Source: an uncultured Polaribacter sp.
Lineage (GTDB): Bacteria; Bacteroidota; Bacteroidia; Flavobacteriales; Flavobacteriaceae
Direction: 5' to 3'
Assembly: GCA_964477255.1 (NCBI GenBank)
Contig: CAYZDK010000001.1
Location: forward strand, 28,539 to 92,538
Length of the DNA stretch: 64,000 bases
In this document: positions 39,842 through 49,923 of the stretch, one piece after another
How the letters are laid out: each line of letters starts with the position of its first letter
Position numbering within the stretch: the stretch's first letter is position 1
Program-made: the position numbers and the translations under genes
The notes under the pieces: model-generated
What the model was told of the DNA's origin: nothing
The model's database searches: none
What the model saw: the letters and a program-made list of their open reading frames with translations, nothing else

Positions 39842-40804
39842 ATGGCAAAAGTAAAATATTATTATGATGAGGACACGCTTTCTTACAGGAAAATTTCTGT
39901 AAGTAAAAGCGACTATTATAAGCGCATATTATTTACTTTATCGGGAATTATTCTAGTGGCTTTTTTAGGTTTTATTGGGTTTAGTCAGTTCATCATGTCA
40001 CCAAAACAAAAAGCACAACAAAGAGAGTTAGAAAATTTAAAACTTAACTACGAAGTTCTCTCAAAAAAGTTAGACGAAAGCTCAAGCATTTTAGCTCAGA
40101 TTCAAGAGAGAGATAACAATATTTATAGAAGTTATTTTGAAGCCAATCCTATACCAGAAGAGCAACGAAAAGCAGGTTTTGGAGGAGTAAATAGATATAA
40201 ATACTTAGACGGATTTGATAATTCTGACATGATTAAGAATTTAACAAGAGAAGTAGATATTCTATCTAAGCAAATTGTTGTACAGTCTAAATCTTTTGAT
40301 GAAATAGTTGCTTTAGCAAAAGAAAAAGAAGATATGCTGGCTTCTATACCTGCTATCTTACCAGTAAAAAAAGGAGATTTTTATGTGGCTTCTGGTTTTA
40401 AAATGCGAATGCACCCAATTTTAAAGATAAATAAGTTTCATAAAGGAATGGATTTTACTGCTCCAAAAGGGACACCTATTTATGCTTCTGGAAATGGTAA
40501 AGTTTATGCCGCTCAACGTAGTAGTACATTTGGTAAAGTTGTAGTTATAAAACATGGTTATGGTTATAAAACCATTTATGCGCACATGAGTAAATACGTT
40601 GTAAAAAGAGGGCAAACTGTAAAAAGAGGAGATTTAATAGGCTATGTTGGGAATACTGGTCTTTCTGTTGCGCCACATTTGCATTATGAGGTGCATAAAA
40701 ATGATATAGCTGTAAACCCAATTAACTTTTATTACGGAGACTTAACTTTAGATGAATTTGCAGCACTACAACAAGATTCTGAAGATAGCCAATCTTACGA
40801 TTAA
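39842..40804 (+). CDS. M23 family metallopeptidase
   Basis: N-terminal TM, coiled coil, HKGMD (HxxxD) and PHLHYEV (HxH) zinc motifs. Confidence 0.93.
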   Translation: MAKVKYYYDEDTLSYRKISVSKSDYYKRILFTLSGIILVAFLGFIGFSQFIMSPKQKAQQRELENLKLNYEVLSKKLDESSSILAQIQERDNNIYRSYFEANPIPEEQRKAGFGGVNRYKYLDGFDNSDMIKNLTREVDILSKQIVVQSKSFDEIVALAKEKEDMLASIPAILPVKKGDFYVASGFKMRMHPILKINKFHKGMDFTAPKGTPIYASGNGKVYAAQRSSTFGKVVVIKHGYGYKTIYAHMSKYVVKRGQTVKRGDLIGYVGNTGLSVAPHLHYEVHKNDIAVNPINFYYGDLTLDEFAALQQDSEDSQSYD

Positions 40805-40812
40805 CTAACGCT

Positions 40813-41142
40813 ATGTTTATAGATTTACCAGAGAAACGATATTACAAAATGGGCGAAGTAGCAAAAGCTTTTCAAGTAAACCCATCTCTTCTTCGTTTCT
40901 GGGAGAAGGAATTCGATATCATTAAACCCAAAAAAAACAAGAAAGGAAATAGATTATTTACCCAAGAAGACATAAAGAATTTAAAACTTATTTATAACCT
41001 TGTTAAAGAGCGCGGTTTTACCTTAGAGGGAGCTAAACAAAAGCTCAAGAAAAACCCGGAAGGAATTTTTAATAATCACGAAATAATTAGTAGATTAGAA
41101 GCAGTCAAAGCAGAACTGCTCAAAATTAAAAATTCACTTTAA
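40813..41142 (+). CDS. MerR family transcriptional regulator
   Basis: YKMGEVAK, LRFWEKEF, GNRLF, GFTLEGAK wHTH motifs. Confidence 0.92.
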   Translation: MFIDLPEKRYYKMGEVAKAFQVNPSLLRFWEKEFDIIKPKKNKKGNRLFTQEDIKNLKLIYNLVKERGFTLEGAKQKLKKNPEGIFNNHEIISRLEAVKAELLKIKNSL

Positions 41143-41152
41143 ACTTCACCAA

Positions 41153-42967
41153 ATGTCTAAAAAGTATGTAGATCTAGAAACTTTAAAATACATACTTTAT
41201 GATATTCATAAATTAGAAAATATTCTAGAAAACGAACGATTTCAAGACCATGATATTGAGTCTTTAAATTTGTTTATAGATTCCGTTAAAGAATTTTCTG
41301 ATAGAGATTTATATCCTTTTTTTAAAGAAATGGATGAAACTCCTGCATATCATAAAGATGGGACTGTTTATGTACATGATCAAGTAAAAAAAGTTATGGA
41401 GAAATCAGGCGAATTAGGCGTGATTTCTGCTTGTTTTGATTACGATGATGGTGGACTACAAATTCCTTTTTCTGTTCTGCAAGCTGCCGTTTTTATTATG
41501 GATGCTGCTAACAATCATTTGCCAGGTTATCCTAGTTTAACACAAGGAGCAGCAGAATTATTGGTAGAATTTGGGAATGAAGCGCTGAAAGAGACCTACG
41601 TTCCTAAAATGTTATCTGGAGAATGGGGAGGAACTATGTGCTTAACAGAACCACAAGCAGGAAGTTCATTGTCGGACATTGTTACAAAGGCTACACCAAC
41701 AAATGAGGGATACTATAAAATTTCTGGTCAAAAGATATTTATATCTGGAGGAGATTACCAAAATGCGAATAATATCATACACTTGGTATTGGCAAGAATA
41801 GAAGGTGCACCTAAAGGCACAAAAGGGATTTCTTTATTTGTAGTTCCTAAAAAAAGATTGGATAAAAAAGGTGAATTAACATCTAATAATGTAACAACTG
41901 TTGCAGATTTTCAGAAAATGGGACAACGTGGGTATTGTACTACACATTTAGGATTTGGAGATCAAGACGATTGTAGAGGCTGGCTAGTTGGTGAAGCAAA
42001 TAAAGGATTAGCGCAGATGTTTTTAATGATGAATGGGGCTAGAATTGCTGTTGGTAGAGGTGCTGCTGCAATTGCCATGGCTGCCTACAGAAGTTCATTA
42101 CAATACGCGAACGAAAGACCACAAGGAAGAAAGTTAACAAAAAATGGTAAAAAGAATCCATCAGAAAAGCAAAACTTAATTATTGAACATCCAGATGTAA
42201 GACGAATGTTATTATTACAAAAGTCTATTGCAGAAGGTTCTTTAAGTTTAATTCTGCTCGCATCAAAATACCAAGATATTATACATTCTTCTGCATCAAA
42301 AGAAGAAAAAGAGAAGTATCATTTGTTGTTAGAAATGATAATTCCTATAGTAAAAACATATCCTTCAGAGGCAGGTTTACAAGCAGTTAACAATGGCTTA
42401 CAAGTGTTAGGTGGGTATGGATTCTGTTCCGATTACCTCTTGCAACAGTATTTTAGAGATATCCGTATTTTTTCAATATATGAAGGTACTACAGGCATAC
42501 AATCTCAAGATTTATTAGGTAGAAAAGCAACCATGCAAAATGGTAAAGGGTTAGAGTTATTATCTGTTGAAATAATGAAAACGACAGCTCTAGCGAATAA
42601 AAACGAACCATTTACACAGTACGCTACAACCTTGTCAAAAAAACTAGAACAAACTAAAAAAATTATGCAGTCGTTAATGCCTTTTGCAATGAAAGGTAAT
42701 TACGAACGCTTTTTAGCAGATGCAAATTTGTTTATGGAATATATGAGCATTGTAGTTGTTTCTTGGTTATGGTTAGAAATGGGCTTAGATGCAAACAGAA
42801 AACTAAATAGTAAGCATAAAAAATATAATGATGTCTTTTATGAAAGTAAAATAGAAACCATGAAATTTTACTTTAAATACGAACTTCCAAAAACAGAAGC
42901 TCTTGCTATATCTTTACTAGATAAAGAAGAAATTACAATTAAAAAAGATAGAGAATTTATTATTTAA
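41153..42967 (+). CDS. Acyl-CoA dehydrogenase (long, FadE5/DmdC-like)
   Basis: GTMCLTEPQAGS, ISGQKIFISGG, LQVLGGYG, IYEGTTGIQ with catalytic Glu. Confidence 0.92.
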   Translation: MSKKYVDLETLKYILYDIHKLENILENERFQDHDIESLNLFIDSVKEFSDRDLYPFFKEMDETPAYHKDGTVYVHDQVKKVMEKSGELGVISACFDYDDGGLQIPFSVLQAAVFIMDAANNHLPGYPSLTQGAAELLVEFGNEALKETYVPKMLSGEWGGTMCLTEPQAGSSLSDIVTKATPTNEGYYKISGQKIFISGGDYQNANNIIHLVLARIEGAPKGTKGISLFVVPKKRLDKKGELTSNNVTTVADFQKMGQRGYCTTHLGFGDQDDCRGWLVGEANKGLAQMFLMMNGARIAVGRGAAAIAMAAYRSSLQYANERPQGRKLTKNGKKNPSEKQNLIIEHPDVRRMLLLQKSIAEGSLSLILLASKYQDIIHSSASKEEKEKYHLLLEMIIPIVKTYPSEAGLQAVNNGLQVLGGYGFCSDYLLQQYFRDIRIFSIYEGTTGIQSQDLLGRKATMQNGKGLELLSVEIMKTTALANKNEPFTQYATTLSKKLEQTKKIMQSLMPFAMKGNYERFLADANLFMEYMSIVVVSWLWLEMGLDANRKLNSKHKKYNDVFYESKIETMKFYFKYELPKTEALAISLLDKEEITIKKDREFII

Positions 42968-43740
42968 TGAATGCAATAAAACAGTTTAATTTAAAAGAAA
43001 AAGTAGCCATTGTAACAGGTTCTAGCAAAGGAATAGGTTTAGCTATTGCCAAAGGTTTGGCAGAACAAGGTGCAAAAGTTGTAATTTCTAGTAGAAACCA
43101 AGAGGCATGTGAACAAGTTGTAAATCAACTTAATGAAGAAGGTTTAGAAGCAAAGGCAATTTCTTGTCATATTGGAGATGAAAATCAAAGAAAACAGCTA
43201 GTAAAACAAACTATAGAGGCTTTTGGAAGAATTGATATTTTGGTAAATAATGCCGCAATTAATCCAGTTTTTGGACCTATTGAGGAAGTAGATCCTTCAA
43301 TTTTTGATAAAATTATGGATATAAATGTAAAAGCACCTTGGGCATTATCTAATCTAGTTTTACCGCATTTTAAAAATAATAACAAAGGAAGTATTATAAA
43401 TATAGCTTCTGTAGAAGCACTTACTCCAGGCTTTGGGTTAGGCCTATATAGTACAAGTAAAGCAGCAATATTAATGCTTACAAAAAATCAGGCAAAAGAA
43501 TGGGGAAGATATGGTGTAAATGCAAACGCTATTTGCCCTGGTTTAATTAAAACAAAGTTTAGTGCTGCATTATGGCAAAATGAAAATCTATTACATCGTC
43601 TAGAAAAATCTATTCCATCAGGAAGAATGGGAATGCCAGAAGAGATGGTTGGGTTAGCATGTTTGTTAGCTTCAGATGCTGGAAGTTATATGACAGGTGG
43701 CGTTTACACTGCTGATGGTGGTTATATGATTTCAGGATAA
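42967..43740 (+). CDS. SDR oxidoreductase (DHRS4-like)
   Basis: [26 protein letters not shown]. Confidence 0.92.
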   Translation: MNAIKQFNLKEKVAIVTGSSKGIGLAIAKGLAEQGAKVVISSRNQEACEQVVNQLNEEGLEAKAISCHIGDENQRKQLVKQTIEAFGRIDILVNNAAINPVFGPIEEVDPSIFDKIMDINVKAPWALSNLVLPHFKNNNKGSIINIASVEALTPGFGLGLYSTSKAAILMLTKNQAKEWGRYGVNANAICPGLIKTKFSAALWQNENLLHRLEKSIPSGRMGMPEEMVGLACLLASDAGSYMTGGVYTADGGYMISG

Positions 43741-43751
43741 TAAAAAGATTT

Positions 43752-44966
43752 ATGAATTTTCAATACACTCAAAAATCAATCGATTTACAAAATAGGCTTA
43801 ACAAGTTTATAAATGATGAAATAGTACCTGTAGAAGCAGAATATCTAGATTTTCAGTCAAAAAACATAAACAAATGGAAGCGATTTCCAAAGATTGAAGT
43901 ATTAAAAAATAAAGCAAAAGCTGTTGGTCTGTGGAATCTGTTTTTACCCAAAGATCATGGCGAATTAAGTCCAGGTTTAACCAATTTAGAGTACGCGCCT
44001 TTAGCAGAAATAATGGGAAGAAGAATATGGATATCAGAGATTTTTAATTGTTCTGCACCTGATACTGGAAATATGGAAGTCTTAGCCAAATATGGTAGTA
44101 ATTCTCAAAAGAAGAAATGGTTAACACCTTTGATGAATGGCGAAATTCGTTCCGCATTTTTAATGACAGAGCCACAAGTTGCTTCTTCGGATGCAACCAA
44201 TATTGAAACTTCTATACAATTAGATGGAGAAGAATATGTTATTAATGGCCAAAAATGGTGGTCTTCAGGAGCTATGGACCCTCATTGTAAAATTGCCATA
44301 GTTATGGGAAAAACAGATGCTGAAAAACCAAGACATCAGCAACAAAGTATGATTTTAGTTCCTTTAGATACTGAAGGAGTAGAAATTGTTCGTCCACTTT
44401 CTGTTATGGGGTATTATGATTCTCCTGAAGGACATGCAGAAATTAAACTGAATAATGTTCGAGTTCCAAAAGAGAATTTAATTTTAGGAGAAGGAAGAGG
44501 TTTTGAAATAGCGCAAGGACGTTTAGGTCCAGGAAGAATTCACCATTGTATGCGACTAATAGGAATGGCACAATATGCCTTAGAACTTATGTGTAAAAGA
44601 GCACAAGAGAGAAGAACTTTTGGAAAATATTTTTATGAATATAGTAGCATTCGTCAAGAAATAGCAAAATCACAGTGCGAAATAGAACAGGCAAGACTTT
44701 TAACCTTATCAGCGGCAGATAAAATGGATAGGTTTGGAAACAAAGAGGCCAAAGATATAATTGCCATGATAAAAATAGTTGCGCCAAAAATGGCTTATAC
44801 AGTTATAGATAGAGCAATTCAAATTTTAGGCGGAAAAGGTGTTGGTCCAGATACTTATTTAGCCCATTATTTAGCTATCGCTAGAATGTTACGTTTAGCA
44901 GATGGCCCTGATGAAGTGCATATGTATCAACTTGGTAAAAGTTGTATCAAAAAATATGGAAAGTAA
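43752..44966 (+). CDS. Acyl-CoA dehydrogenase, ACAD10/11/LvaC type
   Basis: [48 protein letters not shown] (Asp in the catalytic base position). Confidence 0.9.
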   Translation: MNFQYTQKSIDLQNRLNKFINDEIVPVEAEYLDFQSKNINKWKRFPKIEVLKNKAKAVGLWNLFLPKDHGELSPGLTNLEYAPLAEIMGRRIWISEIFNCSAPDTGNMEVLAKYGSNSQKKKWLTPLMNGEIRSAFLMTEPQVASSDATNIETSIQLDGEEYVINGQKWWSSGAMDPHCKIAIVMGKTDAEKPRHQQQSMILVPLDTEGVEIVRPLSVMGYYDSPEGHAEIKLNNVRVPKENLILGEGRGFEIAQGRLGPGRIHHCMRLIGMAQYALELMCKRAQERRTFGKYFYEYSSIRQEIAKSQCEIEQARLLTLSAADKMDRFGNKEAKDIIAMIKIVAPKMAYTVIDRAIQILGGKGVGPDTYLAHYLAIARMLRLADGPDEVHMYQLGKSCIKKYGK

Positions 44967-46024
44967 TGCGTGCACAAAAAGTAAGAAAAGGAGAAGAATT
45001 ACCTGAGTTAGCCTTAAAAACGCATTTAAAAAACGAACAACTAATTCAAGATGTTTCTAGTGATTTAACTATAGAACAATTTACGCATGGTTACTCTAAC
45101 TTAACGTATTTGTTATCTATTGAAGAAAAACAATTTGTACTAAGAAAACCGCCAAAAGGAGCCATTAAAAGAGGTCATGATATGCATCGTGAATTTAGTG
45201 TGCAATCTGCACTTTATGAGCAGTATAAAAAAGTACCAAAAATGTATGCCTATTCTAATGACACCACTGTTTTAGGTAGTGAATTTTACATCATGGAAAA
45301 GGTAGATGGTGTTATTTTGAATTATGCTGAAGCTAAAAGGCGAAATATTTCACCAGAAAAGTATCTTACCATTTCAAACCAATGGTTAGAAACTTTAGTT
45401 GCTTTACATAAAGTAGATTACAAAGAGGTTGGATTAGCAGCATTAGGAAAACCAGAAGGTTATGTAGCTAGGCAAGTTACCAATTGGGGAAAACAATACC
45501 TTAAGGCAAAGACCGAAGAAGTTATAGAGGCAAGCAAAGTGATGCAATGGATGGAAGAAAATCAGCCAAAAAGTTACAAACACTGCTTAATTCATAATGA
45601 TTATAAGTACGATAATGTCGTTTTTAAAGATAATTCTTGGCAAGAAATAGTTGCAGTTTTAGATTGGGAAATGGCTACTCTGGGAGATCCACTAATGGAT
45701 TTAGGAACTTCTTTAGGCTATTGGACAGTAGCTTCAGATCCAGAGTTTATAAAACAAGGTATTCCTTCACCTACCATTTTTGAGGGAAATCCTTTACGAA
45801 GTGAAATTGTTCATAATTATGCAATAAAAACAGGAACAACTATCCAAGATTTTGTGTTTTACTATGTGTATGGACTATTTAAAATTGCAGTAATTGCGCA
45901 ACAGATTTATTTTAGATACGAAAAAGGATGGACAACAGACCCTCGTTTTTCTCAATTAAATAAAGCTTCTCAATTATGTTGTAAATTAGCACTACAGGCA
46001 ATTCAGAAAAATAGAATTGATTAG
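44966..46024 (+). CDS. APH-family phosphotransferase, ACAD10/11 kinase/LvaA type
   Basis: GYSNLTY, VLRKPP, HDMHREF, HNDYKYDN (HxDxxxxN), VLDWE, GDPLMDL; TAATG overlap with the upstream ACAD. Confidence 0.9.
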   Translation: MRAQKVRKGEELPELALKTHLKNEQLIQDVSSDLTIEQFTHGYSNLTYLLSIEEKQFVLRKPPKGAIKRGHDMHREFSVQSALYEQYKKVPKMYAYSNDTTVLGSEFYIMEKVDGVILNYAEAKRRNISPEKYLTISNQWLETLVALHKVDYKEVGLAALGKPEGYVARQVTNWGKQYLKAKTEEVIEASKVMQWMEENQPKSYKHCLIHNDYKYDNVVFKDNSWQEIVAVLDWEMATLGDPLMDLGTSLGYWTVASDPEFIKQGIPSPTIFEGNPLRSEIVHNYAIKTGTTIQDFVFYYVYGLFKIAVIAQQIYFRYEKGWTTDPRFSQLNKASQLCCKLALQAIQKNRID

Positions 46025-46035
46025 AAATTCATCTT

Positions 46036-46788
46036 ATGCAAGTAAAAGATAAAGTAGTAATCGTAACAGGAGCAGGTTCTGGTATTGGTAAAGCAACTGC
46101 AATTCACTTTGCCAAACACGGAGCAAAAGTTGTTGTTTCTGATATAAATACCGAAAAAATGCAAAATGTTGCAGATGAAATTGTAACAAATTTTGGAAAA
46201 GCACTACCTATAAGTGCAGATGTTTCCGATTATGAAGATGTAGAGCACTTAATAACACATACTGTAGCAGTTTATGGTAAGTTAGATGTTTTGGTGAATA
46301 ACGCAGGTATTGGACCAAATTATTTGAAAACACATGAATCTAGACTTAAAGATTGGGATAAAGTAATAGCGGTAAATCAAACAGGAGTTTATTATTGTAT
46401 GAAAGTTGCTTTGAATCAGTTTATAGAACAAGGTTATGGTAACATTGTAAATATTGCATCTTTGGCTGGTTTAAAGGCATCACCAAATAATATTAGTTAT
46501 AGTGCTAGCAAATTTGCAGTTGTTGGGATGACAAAATCTGCAGCTTTAGAATATGCCTCAAAAAATATTAGAATTAATGCAATTTGTCCTGGGTATACAG
46601 AGTCTGCATTACTAGATTTGTTGCTTAGTGCAAAACCAGAGATGGATAGTATTTTAAAAAATATAATACCTATGAAACGTTATGGTAAAGCAAAAGAAAT
46701 TGCAGAGGCTGTTGTTTGGTTAGCATCAGATAATACAAAATTTATTACAGGCCAAACCATCACTTTAGATGGTGGGACATCCTTATAA
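46036..46788 (+). CDS. SDR oxidoreductase
   Basis: TGAGSGIG, NNAGI, YSASK, PGYTES. Confidence 0.92.
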   Translation: MQVKDKVVIVTGAGSGIGKATAIHFAKHGAKVVVSDINTEKMQNVADEIVTNFGKALPISADVSDYEDVEHLITHTVAVYGKLDVLVNNAGIGPNYLKTHESRLKDWDKVIAVNQTGVYYCMKVALNQFIEQGYGNIVNIASLAGLKASPNNISYSASKFAVVGMTKSAALEYASKNIRINAICPGYTESALLDLLLSAKPEMDSILKNIIPMKRYGKAKEIAEAVVWLASDNTKFITGQTITLDGGTSL

Positions 46789-46826
46789 ATTCAATTAATA
46801 ATCAACGTAAAATAAAAATAGAAATT

Positions 46827-47435
46827 ATGAAAAAATGGTTAATTCCAGTAATTGTTATTGTAGTTATTGTATACGCTATGTATAGTTGGGCAAAAGGTTT
46901 TAATAACCAAGCTGTAGTGCTCCAAGAAGATGCAAAAACAACTTGGTCTAATGTAGAAAGTGCTTACCAAAGAAGAAACGATTTAATAGGTAACTTAGTA
47001 AAAACCGTACAAGGTGCTGCAGATTTTGAGAAAAGTACACTTACAGAAGTTATTAATGCAAGAGCAAAAGCTACCTCTGTAAATATAAACGCAGGAGATT
47101 TAACAGCTGCTAATATGGCTCAATACCAACAAGCACAAGCTGGTTTATCTGGTGCATTATCTAAATTATTGGTTTCTGTAGAACGTTATCCAGAATTAAA
47201 AGCAAACCAAAACTTTTTAGAGTTGCAAAGTCAATTAGAGGGTACAGAAAATAGAATAAATGTAGCTAGAGATCGTTTTAATGAGGGTGTAAATCAGTAC
47301 AACAAGCACATCAAAATATTTCCAAATTCATTATTGGCAGGAATGTTTAATTTCGAAGAAATGGATAGATATCAAGCTAATCCTGGATCTGAAAATGCAC
47401 CAGACGTAAATTTTGATTTTAATAAAAACGAATAA
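46827..47435 (+). CDS. lemA: LemA family protein
   Basis: N-terminal TM; YQRRNDLI, ERYPELKANQNF, EGTENRINVAR motifs. Confidence 0.95.
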   Translation: MKKWLIPVIVIVVIVYAMYSWAKGFNNQAVVLQEDAKTTWSNVESAYQRRNDLIGNLVKTVQGAADFEKSTLTEVINARAKATSVNINAGDLTAANMAQYQQAQAGLSGALSKLLVSVERYPELKANQNFLELQSQLEGTENRINVARDRFNEGVNQYNKHIKIFPNSLLAGMFNFEEMDRYQANPGSENAPDVNFDFNKNE

Positions 47436-47872
47436 TGTCTGAACTCGAAGATTTTCTTACCAAAAAAGACGAGCAAGAAGTTATAGAAGCGATACAAAAG
47501 GCAGAAAAGAATACTTCTGGAGAAATACGTGTACATATTGAAGCGCATACAGATGAAGATCATTTTGAGCATGCTGCACACATTTTTCATGAACTAGGTA
47601 TGGATCAAACAGCCTTAAGAAATGGGGTGTTAATTTATATTGCTGTTCGCGATCATCAGTTTGTAATTCTAGGAGATAAAGGAATTAATGAAGCTGTGCC
47701 AAACAATTTTTGGAATACTACAAAAGATGTAATGCAAGAATCTTTTAAGAAAGGTGATTTTAAGAAAGGAATTATAGACGGAATTTTAAGAGCAGGAGAA
47801 GAGTTAAAAACCCACTTTCCTTATCAAGAAGATGATGAAAATGAACTGAGTAATGAGATTTCTAAAGGATAA
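47435..47872 (+). CDS. TPM domain protein
   Basis: EKNTSGEIRVH, RNGVLIY, LGDKGIN motifs. Confidence 0.88.
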   Translation: MSELEDFLTKKDEQEVIEAIQKAEKNTSGEIRVHIEAHTDEDHFEHAAHIFHELGMDQTALRNGVLIYIAVRDHQFVILGDKGINEAVPNNFWNTTKDVMQESFKKGDFKKGIIDGILRAGEELKTHFPYQEDDENELSNEISKG

Positions 47873-47876
47873 GAAT

Positions 47877-48695
47877 ATGAAAAGCCCTTTTTTTATGCAA
47901 AAACGCTATCAATTGCTTTTTTTGGCATTATTATTTTCGATTTCTTTAGTCGCGCAAGGTTTTCAAATTCCTGAAAAACCAAAATATCAGACCAGTGTTT
48001 ACGATTACATCAACTTACTTTCTGCCAATGAAAAGAAAAGTTTAGAAAGAAAACTAATAAAGTATTCAGATACAACTTCTACCCAAATAGTAGTGGCTAT
48101 AATTTCGTCTACTGAAGGAGAAAATATTAATTATCTGGCTGCAAATTGGGGAGAAGCTTGGGGAATTGGACAAGCTAAAGAAGATAATGGTGTTTTGATG
48201 CTTTTAGCAAAAGACGATCGAAAAATTGCAATACAATCTGGAAAAGGAGTTGAATACTTGCTAACCGATTTTCAAGCCAAACGAATTATAGATCGCGTAA
48301 TAATTCCTGAATTTAGGAAAGGAAATTTTTATAGTGGATTAAACAAAGGTTCAGACTATATTTTTAGAACACTTCAAGGAGAGTTTAAAGGAACTAGAAA
48401 AGAAGGAAGAAAAGAATCTAACGGAATTTCTTTTGGTAAAATCATTTCTATTGTAGTATTTATTCTCATTTTTCTACTTATTTCTAGAGGAAATAGAGGT
48501 GGAGGAAGAGGAGGTAAAAGAAGTGCTGCTGGAGATATTTTAACTGCTATTTTGCTTAGTAATGCTGGCAGAAGAAGTGGTGGCTTTGGAGGAAGTTTTG
48601 GCGGTTCGTCTGGAGGTTCCTTTGGAGGAGGAGGCTTTGGTGGTGGTTTTGGTGGAGGCTCTTTTGGAGGAGGAGGTGCTTCTGGAGGTTGGTAA
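47877..48695 (+). CDS. TPM domain protein (YgcG-like) with Gly-rich tail
   Basis: TSTQIVV, WGIGQ..EDNGVL, C-terminal GGGFGGGFGGGSFGGGGASGGW; start moved to ATG 47877. Confidence 0.9.
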   Translation: MKSPFFMQKRYQLLFLALLFSISLVAQGFQIPEKPKYQTSVYDYINLLSANEKKSLERKLIKYSDTTSTQIVVAIISSTEGENINYLAANWGEAWGIGQAKEDNGVLMLLAKDDRKIAIQSGKGVEYLLTDFQAKRIIDRVIIPEFRKGNFYSGLNKGSDYIFRTLQGEFKGTRKEGRKESNGISFGKIISIVVFILIFLLISRGNRGGGRGGKRSAAGDILTAILLSNAGRRSGGFGGSFGGSSGGSFGGGGFGGGFGGGSFGGGGASGGW

Positions 48696-48712
48696 TTGTT
48701 TTAAGAATTCTT

Positions 48713-49561
48713 ATGAAAAAATATGTAGTTATTTTAAGTTTGTTTATTTTTTCTACATGTCAAAATTTTGGGCAACTTAACTTTGAAGCAGATTTGCCTT
48801 TTACTTTAAGCGAAGTTTCTGGAATTACCACGGTGCCAAATTCAGATTTAATTTGGATGATTAACGATAGTGACAATCGTCCAATTTTGTTTGGTGTAAA
48901 CAATCTAGGTAAAACAGAACGAGAAATTCTGGTTAATGCCAAAAATATAGACTGGGAAGATTTAACCTCTGATGCAGAAGGAAATATTTATATTGGAGAT
49001 TTTGGAAATAACAACAATGAAAGAAAGAACCTTAGAATTCTTAAAATAGATAAAAAATACCTAGACAAAAAAACGGCAGAAGTTGAAGAAATAGAGTTCG
49101 AATACGAAGATCAAGATGACTTTCCGCCCAAAAAGAAGAAACGCTTTTTTGATGCTGAGTCTTTCTTCTATTTCAAGAATCATTTTTACATTTTCACCAA
49201 ATCTAGAGTAAATAAAAAGTATGGCGAAACCAATGTGTACAGTGTTCCAGCCAAAAAGGGGAAACATAAAGCAAAACGTATAGATAATTTTGACAATGGG
49301 AAAAAAGATAAATCTTGGATAACCTCTGCATCAATTTCTCCAGATGGCAATAAAGTGGTACTACTTTCGCAAAAAAATGTTCTAATTTTTTCCGACTTCA
49401 AAAAAGATATGTTTTTTAAAGGTAAGCGAAAAGAAATTGATTTCAAGTTCTATTCCCAATTAGAAGCAATATGTTTTAAAGATGCAACTACTGTATTTAT
49501 TACAGACGAACGTAATAAAGATGTAGGAGGAAATTTGTATACACTTAACCTAGAAAATTAA
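48713..49561 (+). CDS. Exported hypothetical protein, probable beta-propeller
   Basis: Signal or lipoprotein N-terminus, EVSG, DWEDL, YIGDFGNN, DAES, QLEAI repeats; start moved to ATG 48713. Confidence 0.7.
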   Translation: MKKYVVILSLFIFSTCQNFGQLNFEADLPFTLSEVSGITTVPNSDLIWMINDSDNRPILFGVNNLGKTEREILVNAKNIDWEDLTSDAEGNIYIGDFGNNNNERKNLRILKIDKKYLDKKTAEVEEIEFEYEDQDDFPPKKKKRFFDAESFFYFKNHFYIFTKSRVNKKYGETNVYSVPAKKGKHKAKRIDNFDNGKKDKSWITSASISPDGNKVVLLSQKNVLIFSDFKKDMFFKGKRKEIDFKFYSQLEAICFKDATTVFITDERNKDVGGNLYTLNLEN

Positions 49562-49922
49562 GGAAAAGCAATAACCAACCAGCCACTAAAAATAAACCTC
49601 CAATTGGTGTTATTGGCCCTAAAAACGTAAGTTTTTTATTTTTAGCAGAAGATAATACCAAACCATAAATAGAAAAACTAAATAAAATAGTACCAATTAC
49701 AAGACCAAACACAGCATAGGTTTCTATATTGGAGCTGAAATCTAGATTTAGTCCAAGAGCCACTAATAGAATAGCGTGGTACATTTGATACTTAATACCT
49801 GTTTCATAACTTGCTAGTTGATCTGTAGATAGGGTCTTTTTAAGAAGATGCGCTCCAAAAGCACCAAAAATAATGGCTGTTATGCCAAAAAAACTTCCGA
49901 AAAGTAAAGTAAATTGAGTCAT
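49545..49922 (-). CDS. DUF423 family membrane protein
   Basis: GAFGAH, YQMYH, LFSFSIY, GPITPIGG motifs; start moved to ATG 49922. Confidence 0.88.
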   Translation of the reverse strand: MTQFTLLFGSFFGITAIIFGAFGAHLLKKTLSTDQLASYETGIKYQMYHAILLVALGLNLDFSSNIETYAVFGLVIGTILFSFSIYGLVLSSAKNKKLTFLGPITPIGGLFLVAGWLLLFLNFLG

Positions 49923-49923
49923 T

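Noticed and set aside
48575-48692. GGA/GGT-rich repeats
   Set aside because: They encode the normal Gly-rich tail of the TPM protein; there is no repeat-spacer structure, so not a CRISPR array or VNTR
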